A DNA stretch of 64,000 bases from Macrostomum lignano (lineage: Eukaryota), in contig NIVC01001325.1 in the NCBI GenBank assembly GCA_002269645.1, positions 1 to 64,000 on the forward strand, given 5' to 3'. Made by a program: the position numbers and the translations under genes. Position 1 is the first letter of the stretch. Each line of letters opens with the position of its first letter. Below, piece after piece: positions 49,148 to 64,000 of the stretch. The notes under the pieces are model-generated. The model saw only the letters and a list, made by a program, of their open reading frames with translations, had not been told where the DNA came from and made no database searches.

Positions 49148-49937
49148 GATCAGAGCTACTCAATGGGGATCAGAGCTACTCAATAGGTATCAGAGCTACT
49201 CAATAGGGATCAGAGCTACTCAATGGGGATCAGAGCTACTCAATAGGGATCAGAGCTACTCAATGGGGATCAGAGCTACTCAATGGGGATCAGACCTACT
49301 CAATGGGGATCAGAGCTACTCAATGGGGATCAGAGCTACTCAATGGGGATCAGAGCTACTCAATGGGGATCAGATCTACTCAATGGGGATCAGACCTACT
49401 CAATGAGGATCAGAGCTACTCAATGGGGATCAGAGCTACTCAATAGGGATCAGAGCTACTCAATAGGGATCAGACCTACTCAATGGGGATCAGAGCTACT
49501 CAATGGAGATCAGACCTACTCAATGGGGATCAGAGCTACTCAATGGGGATCAGAGCTACTCAATGGGGATCAGAGCTACTCAATGGGGATCAGAGCTACT
49601 CAATGGGGATCAGAGCTACTCAATGGGGATCAGAGCTACTCAATGGGGATCAGAGCTACTCAATGGGGATCAGACCTACTCAATGAGGATCAGAGCTACT
49701 CAATGGGGATCAGAGCTACTCAATAGGGATCAGAGCTACTCAATAGGGATCAGACCTACTCAATGGGGATCAGAGCTACTCAATGGAGATCAGACCTACT
49801 CAATGGGGATCAGAGCTACTCAATGGGGATCAGAGCTACTCAATGGGGATCAGAGCTACTCAATGGGGATCAGAGCTACTCAATGGGGATCAGAGCTACT
49901 CAATGGGGATCAGAGCTACTCAATGGGGATCAGAGCC
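49148..49937. repeat. 20-bp minisatellite (caatggggatcagagctact), about 39 copies
   Basis: Direct inspection. Confidence 0.97.
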
Positions 49938-51250
49938 CTCGAACAAAATGCATTCTGGCTTCATCTGCAGTTCAGAAGTACAGAAGGTATGATACGTCAA
50001 TGCATTTTTGCAACAGCGGAAAACCTGCGGTCTCCAAAGAAATTTGCACGACTTGCGAGTGCAGCGGCCGTGAGGCAAGGGCAAGGCTGAGGCACGTGGT
50101 GCATTTGGTAGCAAGCAGAAACGCCTGCTTATGATGGTGTCGCTGAAGTAATGGAGGTGCAGCTGCGGGAAAAAAACTAGAGTGAAACAGGCAAAGCAGA
50201 TTTGCCAGAAATAGCTGTTCCATGCCTACTCTGCACTCTCAGGGTTCTTAGAGTAAGGGAGAGAGAGTAGGGAAAATGGGGAATTATTTGACATCTGTTT
50301 CTCTCACGGCAATCCGGAGCATTTTACGCGATCACCATAGCAACCAAGCGGAATAAGAGAGGGGCAGGTGGCACTGGGGAAACAGAGGGAAGGGCAGGTG
50401 GCACTGGGGAAACAGAGGGAAGGGCTGGTGGAGCGGCGGCTTGTGTCGACATCTTGATTACATTAGCTAGACCTCCCATCAACCGGGCTTAATCCTCTCT
50501 TCTGCAGCGACATCAATCCGTCCCTCCCTTTACCTGACCTTCTATTACGCTCGTAAGAAGCATAATACGCGCCGTGCCTGTCGGAGCAGTAATAGAGAGT
50601 CGTTTTTGTGCGTCTGTCTGTGCGGGCATTTGTGCGTGCGGCGGGTGAGTCAGTGGCGGTGGTCCCGCCACCGGTATTGCGTCCCCCCAGCTACTTGTCT
50701 TTCAGCCCCCACCTCCCCCCCCCCAGACTGCATGGCAAGGGACAGCCGGGAGGCATCGCTCCGCCAAATCAAGTGGGCAAGGGTTTTCGGAACTGGGAGA
50801 AACTAGTAAAGTGGAGCTAGCTATAGGGGGAAAAGAGAAGGGATTAGGCAAGGCGGAGTGAGGCGGGGAGTACAAGGTGAACGCTGCACTGCTGCTCGGG
50901 CGAAGGAGAGAAATGAGAGCACGGGAAAGCAGGAGAGGAATTGAAGAGAGGCAGAACGCAGTGCGGGAGAGCCAACCCCAGCTGGGGATTGGCTGCCCCC
51001 ACTGCACGGCGTGCAGTGCTGCATGCTGAATCGTGGACTGGCAGCGCTCGCCTCCCTGGGGATTTAGTCACTGGTAGGAGGCGGCGGCGGCCCCGCATTC
51101 CCTGCTGCTGCTCCCACCGAGGTGCGCTGAGCTTGAGTTGAAGTGAAAAAGTTCTCCCAAAGAATTCGGCTTCCTGACTGCGAGTTGTAGAGCAGTGAGG
51201 AAGGGAGAGTTTAAATCCTCTTGCGAAACTCGATCGCAGTCCAGCCCGCC

Positions 51251-57067
<5,817 letters not shown>

Positions 57068-57829
57068 GTGAGTTCTCTCGGGGTTAACAACCCTGGGGTC
57101 ATGCTCTCTTTTTTCCTAGACGTATGAATTCTGCTTTATCAATTTTATCAATAGATTTAAAAAAAGACAAGAAGTGAATTTCCTGAATGCACAAAGTTTT
57201 TGAAATCTGATTTGTAAATAGAAAAAATGATAACTAAAAAGATTTCTGCCGAAAGCAACTTAACTCGTAGGTGATTGCTCAGAATCCTAAGATTTTTAAT
57301 TGATAAAGTGCAATTAAACTAAAAAAATATAGGTTTAGGTAAAAGTTGGCATTCCAGGCTCTGGTTGCAAGTTCTCCATGCCTTACAACAGGCTAGAATT
57401 TAAACAGTTTGCATGGCAACAACTCGATGCTCTATTCGTGTTGTTACTTTCGTCCATCACTGCCCTGCTTACCTTAGCTGGACCGATGTAAATCCTTGCA
57501 GTAACGACCCAGCAGCGCTACAGTTGCTGCAGTGTTTGCCTCTCTCGCCCTCTCCCCCAACCCGGCCCTAATTGGAAGAAGGACTGAAGCTGACGGACCG
57601 ATGGACGGATGGGGGATCTCGCAGCAGCTGACGGGCTTACTAACAAGGGAGAGAGTGGAGAGTGGATTAGAGGGGAGTAGATTTTCCGAGGCAGAGGAAA
57701 TTCCCACGCCTTTCGGACTGAGTTTGGACGGGACAGAGAATTTCGCGTCTCTGTCTGCATCCGGAATCTTTGGCCAGTGGCCGACGCATTTTACATGCCT
57801 GCTTCAGCCTATGGTCTGGGGCTGGCCAG

Positions 57830-58381
57830 TCCCTCACACTCAGCGGGTTCAGCTGCCATCCAGTCCCTCACTCAGCGGGTTCAGCTGCCATCCAGTCCCT
57901 CACTCAGCGGGTTCAGCTGCCATCCAGTCCCTCACTCAGCGGGTTCAGCTGCCATCCAGTCCCTCACTCAGCGGGTTCAGCTGCCATCCAGTCCCTCACT
58001 CAGCGGGTTCAGCTGCCATCCAGTCCCTCACTCAGCGGGTTCAGCTGCCATCCAGTACCTCACTCAGCGGGTTCAGCTGCCATCCAGTCCCTCACACTCA
58101 GCGGGTTCAGCTACCATCCAGTCCCTCACTCAGCGGGTTCAGCTGCCATCCAGTACCTCACTCAGCGGGTTCAGCTGCCATCCAGTCCCTCACTCAGCGG
58201 GTTCAGCTACCATCCAGTGCTTCACTCAGCGGGTTCAGCTGCCATCCAGTGCTTCACTCAGCGGGTTCAGCTGCCATCCAGTCCCTCACTCAGCGGGTTC
58301 AGCTACCATCCAGTCCCTCACTCAGCGGGTTCAGCTGCCATCCAGTACCTCACTCAGCGGGTTCAGCTACTATCCAGTCCT
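57830..58381. repeat. 32-bp minisatellite (cagcgggttcagctgccatccagtccctcact)
   Basis: Period read directly (cagcggg at 57841 and 57873). Confidence 0.95.
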
Positions 58382-59653
58382 TAACATGAGGGTACATCTA
58401 GTAGGCTCGTAGACAAAATCGATTAATATTATTTCTCTCTCTGGCTAGCCCATGAAAGGGTCGAAAGAGCATAATAACACTATGCAAACAAAATCCATAG
58501 CAAAACAGTAGCATTTCCTCTGTGGCCCATGCCGCCAAGTGGCGCCTGCAAACGAGTGCCGGAATGATGATTGAAGCGGCTGGCGGGGGGGAGCAGCCAT
58601 GCAGGCTGTCCTCATTCCCCACTAATTAATTATTAAATAGATAAACACGCAGTCACGATGGCAAACTTGATTGAATTCTCAGCTAGCGAACGAGCTGGAG
58701 AGAGAGATGGAGGAGATGGAGAGGCGGTGACTGAGTCTACTGAACATTTCTAAGCTAGAGATTTGCCGCGAAGAAAGGAAATAAATAATATTAAAAAAGA
58801 CATCTGATCGCCACAGACTCTCTGGCAATTTACACAAAGCAGAGCATTTGAGGCGTATTGTTGCAAAGGCCTACAAAAAAGAGTTGCTACTCCGAATGCC
58901 TAGCCCTGAAACGTGACTCCCTTCAATGAAGCCAGTGAAATGAAGAGCGAGAATGAAAGCGACCTGGTTGATTTTTTTCCTGCCGTGCCTTTTCGCTTGT
59001 TTTGTTTGCTTTTTTAATGAACCTGCTGATAATAAATTTTCAACTTTGACCAATAGCGACTGATGTAGATAAGAAAAACAGGGCATTGAGAGAAAACGGG
59101 ACAGACACTCGGAGAAAATGGGAAAGACGCTGAGCAACATGAGTAACCATGGTCAAACAGAGCCAGTAGTCAGAGACGGTGGTACTCGGAGGGAGAGAGA
59201 ACTGCAGCAGGAGTTGGGAATACGGGGACCCTCACTCCAGTTGCTAAGCCTGAACTCGAAAAAGAGAATTGCTGATTAGACGCAAGCAAGAAGTTGGATC
59301 TTGGCGATGGGAGGCCGGGCAAATCGAATTTCTACTTTCCAAGATACTACGGTGTCGAATGTAGAGTAATGATTAATGCCGACTACGTGCATTTTATGCT
59401 GCCGAACTTGACATTACCACTCCTGTGTGTTGTTTTTAGCAGAGAAGCTTTAGAACGAATCCTTACGAGCGTAGAAGCCTTCGTACCAAATAGATTTTTA
59501 GTTCCTTTTCTAAAGACTGGTTTCGCACCTTATTGTGAGAACTCATCAATTAAGCATGGTCTCTCACGTTGAGCACCGAGTGGCAGAGGCAGGGGAGAAT
59601 GAGAGAGAGAGACAGAGGACTCCAGACTTGAGCAAGGCAAGGGCTGGTTGAAA

Positions 59654-59655
<2 letters not shown>

Positions 59656-59722
<67 letters not shown>
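59656..59722. repeat. (GA)n microsatellite
   Basis: Direct inspection. Confidence 0.98.
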
Positions 59723-59729
<7 letters not shown>

Positions 59730-61317
59730 AGAGGAAACCGGAGAAGTGAAGTTTCCTGTCGTTCGGATCGGACCTACTTGACTGGGTTGGCTATAAGGAC
59801 AGGCATCGAATGTGAAGCGCAGCGGGATGAGAGCAGAGGAGGAGAAGACCAGCTCTGATAGAGGAACTTTTTTCGCCCTTAAACCTTGGGCCATTTTTTA
59901 TTTTCCAATTCGAGTGCGGCTCCAGCTCTGTATAAGCTCTTCTCGAGTCTTCTAGAAGTGGCGCTAAAATGGAGTCGCATTGAGAGGAGGCTGAGGCTGT
60001 GACTGGGCTGGAGGGAGCAGCAGAGCTGCTCTAATTAACTGGGCACTCTGTCTCTCCCTCTCCCTTTCTAGCTCTCTCTGCTCCCTCAGCTTCATCTTTG
60101 GTTTTCCAATTCTATATTAAAAATCAGGCAGAATCTACCAATCGAAACAGAGCAAAGGAGAGGAGAGATCGAAGCATTCGGCCCCGGTCTTATGGATTTT
60201 CCAACCCACGTGCAACCCTCGTCGTTGCGTTTCCTCTCGGATCACGGCAATGTGTTTAGCTGGTGCCAGACTCTCTGCGGATGCTAGTAAGGAATCAATC
60301 GGAGGGAAGCAGAGGCACGAGAGTGAGTAGGGACGCGACTTGGGCGAGAGTGGACGCTGCCTAAAAGGTTTCGGACTCGCGGACTTCCAATTAGGGAGCT
60401 CAACTTGATTTCTCTTCCTCTCTCTGGACCCAAACGACCAGCCCACTCCGCGACTCCTTAATTCTACTTCGTAATGCTTGAATTTATTAAGGACCATTTT
60501 ATAACGGCTGGGGTGGCTTCGCTTTGCCAGCAGTTATTCTCTATCGCAATTCCAATTTATAATGGTGAAGGCAAATTGGAGCCTAAACTACTGTGTCCCG
60601 TCCGCCAACTTTAACAGAGTTAAGGAAGAAGACTAGGCATGTATAGTAAGCTTTAGTACTGCCGTTTGCATTGTTGTGGCCTAAGCAAACGGCAGGAGGC
60701 TCCAACCAGCAATCGATGCAAAGACTGCATGCTTTCTTTGTGTAGGATGTGCGGCGTCTCGGAACAGGAAGGCAGTTTTGCTGCTGCTACAGACTAGCCA
60801 TGGATGCGCTCAGCCAGGAGCATAATGCGTCGCCATTCACACCCTCTATCGGAGCTTCAACCGTGACCTTGCAGCTTTAGAGATACGAGCTCAGGCACAA
60901 GTAGAGCTTAGCCTAGTATTACATGTAAGTAGGAAGGAACTGTCATGTCGCTGCGCGTCTCTTGCATTTGCATGCGCATGGAAGAAAAAATAGTTGCACA
61001 ATGCTCACGGAGCTTTAGATACAACGGCTAGTGGAGAAGACTGAAGGCAGAATAAAGCGAGCGAGAAGGGAGGTATGAAAGGCCGTAAACAGGATAAAAC
61101 GTTGATTTTAAACAGCTTTAATGCAGTATAGTTTAAGTTCGTGCACAAAAATCGGCCTGGAGCTCGTCGCGCCATGCAAGCCTATGAGGATTGCAACCCG
61201 GAACGCACAGAGGTGCACCCGGCTGACGTTAAGACAGTCAAGGCCTTTATGCACACATTGTTTGTGGGATGGGTCAACCCACAGTTGACCCACCCAGCAG
61301 TCTTGGCTAGCAGTCTA

Positions 61318-61402
61318 AGCGTACGTCCAAGCGTACGTCCAAGAGTACGTCCAAGCGTACGTCCAAGCGTACGTCCAAGCGTACGTCCAAGCGTACGTCC
61401 AA
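61318..61402. repeat. 12-bp repeat (agcgtacgtcca), 7 copies
   Basis: Direct inspection. Confidence 0.95.
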
Positions 61403-62130
61403 GTTGTCCTTGGGTTTAGCTTATCAGTACGTGTCGAATCAATTGAGTCAAGATCCAACACCCTCAGTGCAAGTCTCGCACTGTCAGAGCACTCTATCGG
61501 ATGCCTTATTTCGCCGCTTACACTCATAATTGATGAGTACTAGACCTGGCTGTGTCCTTCGCCCGAGAGCTGGCCACCTTTGTGCCTCTGGCCTACTGTA
61601 GACAGTTTGTAGAGAAACAAACAACAGCAATAGCTGCAGGATAAATCCAGAAATTTATGCGGCATGCAGAGACCGACAATGAGATTTAGTAGGCCTCCAG
61701 CTAGATGCAATAAATGCATCGTTTATTCCATTCCGTCTAACCATGGAGCAAGATTGATGGAGAGTTGATTGCCAGACCTGAGTCTGCCGGACCTAATTGA
61801 CCAATTCGCAGTTGTGGATTTGAACTTTTACAGATAGGTAGTACGAGTAGGAGGGTTGTGACGAGAATATTGTGTGGGACTAATAAGTAAACGTGATCTA
61901 TCATTAACTAATGAACTGAAACTGAACTGAACTGACGAACTGACTGTTGCAAAGATGCAAAGCGACTTCTTGCCCATAGAAGGTTGTTACAGTTTAAAAT
62001 GGTTGATTGAAAACCTGTGGATCTGAAAATTATAGAAATTCACTGAAAAATAGACGAAGGTTAGGGTTAGAGTTATGGATAGGGTTAAATGTTTATGTTT
62101 AAGGTTTGAGTTAGGGTTATAGTTAGGTTA

Positions 62131-62489
62131 TTTTTTTTTAGAGGCAGGGGGGTTGTGTGCACCCTGGCGCAATTTAAGCGTCATTGGCACACAACCGGCG
62201 AGAGGCATTACTGCCCATTCCGCCGACTCCCCTGAGCAGGCATACAAGCGCGCGGATACGTACGCAGGCACACACTCACACAGGAGTGTACAGCGGCCCT
62301 AACTTTATCAATTGTTAGGCATGTACACTTCACTGCGCCTTGGGGGGTTGGCTCTCAAGGCCGTTAATTGCACAAGCGAGCCAAGCCGAGATTCCAATCC
62401 AGCCCCAAATTAATGTGGCTGCACTTGGAATCGAGCCTGGGTCGCGGCACACCAGAGCAGCTGCGCTACCGCTGGGCTACGGCCCCCTC
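62131..62489 (-). mobile_element. Full-length tRNA-derived SINE (~359 bp) with poly(A) tail and 13-bp TSD
   Basis: Minus strand: gtagcccagcggtag (A box) and ggctcgattcc (B box), then body and A9 tail; tatagttaggtta is present at both 62118-62130 and 62490-62502. Confidence 0.85.
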
Positions 62490-62660
62490 TATAGTTAGGT
62501 TAGGGTTAGGGTTAGTTTTTTCCAAAAGTTACCTCCAAACTATCTAAGACGTATCAATATGTAAGCAAAATATAAATCCTATAAACGTGAACTTTATTTC
62601 CCCGACGGCTCAGCGTTTAAGACAGTTTCAACGGTCCATTGGTTTGGGGCGGGAGTGAAT

Positions 62661-63292
62661 CAAGGACTACTTAAGTAGAAGGACGCAAGGCTCAGAATTG
62701 GTGAAAATTTCATTGGAGGCCGATTTTTCAATGCATCTCCTGTGTACGCTGTTGATCGTAAGATGCTTATTTTTGCGCAGAATAGGCAGTAACATATGCC
62801 CTTTCATTAATTAATATTAATTCATTAATATTAATTATATCACTCACAGTCACGTGGCACAGAACAGCAATAGCTAATCAATAAATGAAATATAATAAAA
62901 TATACTGTTCTATAGTAAAGTAAAAAATTAGGCTAGCTATTAGCAGCACTGATGTATCTAGATGCTGAAAATTTTCAGATCTACAGAAGTATGTCCTAGC
63001 ACGTACTAGGCCCTAATGGTAAAATGCGTTGACATAATAAGTCATTAAAAAAAACGAAAGGTACAACTCTATATCTAGCTATATATAATAAAATAAAATA
63101 AGGTTGCAATTTAAAAAGATTAAACTGCTGCACAACTGTTCTACACAGGTCGATAATATCTTGCAACGATTATAAAGCATGTAAACTACTTCTATTTCGG
63201 CTATGCATTGCATTACGAAAATCGGCCTCCAACGAATTTTCCACGAAAGTTGAATCTTGCGTCCTATATATACGTTGCTTAAGTCGTCCTTG
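62661..63292. mobile_element. 632-bp non-autonomous DNA transposon (hAT/P-type MITE) with 8-bp TSD
   Basis: Ends caaggactacttaag...ggacgcaag...ttggaggccgatttt and aaaatcggcctccaa...cttgcgtcc...cttaagtcgtccttg; gagtgaat flanks both ends (62653-62660, 63293-63300). Confidence 0.9.
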
Positions 63293-64000
63293 GAGTGAAT
63301 TTAAAAAAGGATATTGTGCAACGAAAAGAAAAGCAGGAAGTTACTATAAAGTCCGGAAATAGGGAATGGAACTGAAAATATGGGAGAGGCAGGGAGATTA
63401 GAGAGAGCGAGAGGGATGCGAAACGCCAAACCGTATCACCTGGGCTGATGTAGGCTAGGCCGGTAACGAGATCTGACTGGCAGGCACGGAGCAGGCGGCA
63501 CCCAGATGGAGACAGGAGGCAGAGAGACAGGGGATCTTAGGCACGCCTGCCAGTCATTTCAGCAGCCGGGCTGCCTGCTTTGTAGCAGAAATCGCTCCCG
63601 GGGGCAGGGGCACTCGGCTGGCTTCAGTCATGGCGAGGGCTTGGGAGAGAATACCTGTGCGGTGACACCCTGCGCCTCTCCTCCGTCCGCAGCCCTCCGC
63701 AGCTGCAGCCGAGCGTGACCGGAATAAGATTTGCTGCTGGGCCAACTTTCTCTCTCACCTGGGCTACTGTTCAGTTTCGTTCTACACTCTGCTCTCGATG
63801 CTGCTGCATTGACTCACCTGAATCGTCCTTGCTCTGAGCTTTTAGCACCTTCTCTTACTAATGGACAGCGTGGACTGGGACTCGGCTGTAGTGGGACTCG
63901 GCTGTTAATAAAGCCATAGTGCAGACAGGCTAAAAAAGAATCCATAGATAGATGTAGAAAAAGAAGATGTAGATAGAAGCCAACTTCGGGGAGGCAACAA

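Overview
Eukaryotic, intron-rich invertebrate genomic DNA. The GC-rich exons, AT-rich intergenic DNA and a different minisatellite in almost every intron suggest a flatworm such as Macrostomum lignano (inference only). Host genes reconstructed by hand from splice signals and recalled protein similarity: MRPL37 (minus, 5 exons, 176-5172, one apparent frameshift); a Lys/Glu-rich coiled-coil protein of unknown function (plus, 4 exons, 11405-13849); a single-exon Gln/Gly/Met/Cys-rich orphan ORF (minus, 15015-15677); WDR33 (plus, 11 exons, 27493-39460); and the 5' part of a stomatin/MEC-2-like SPFH gene (plus, 5 exons, 51251-57067, remainder not found in the window). The most unusual object is an intact 4-exon, ~1171-aa DDE/CxxH (hAT-like) transposase (minus, 20732-24614). 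It ends in an RG-rich tract, a Spindlin-type Tudor domain and an acidic tail, and is bracketed by two same-orientation ~64-nt relics of the 28S rRNA helix 69-71 segment (the R2/Pokey/I-PpoI target region). Also present: three MITEs with terminal inverted repeats and target-site duplications, a tRNA-derived SINE family (three copies), decayed Tc1-like and LINE fragments, and more than 20 tandem arrays. No CRISPR array and no intact rRNA or tRNA gene. All homology calls are from memory of the families and need database confirmation.
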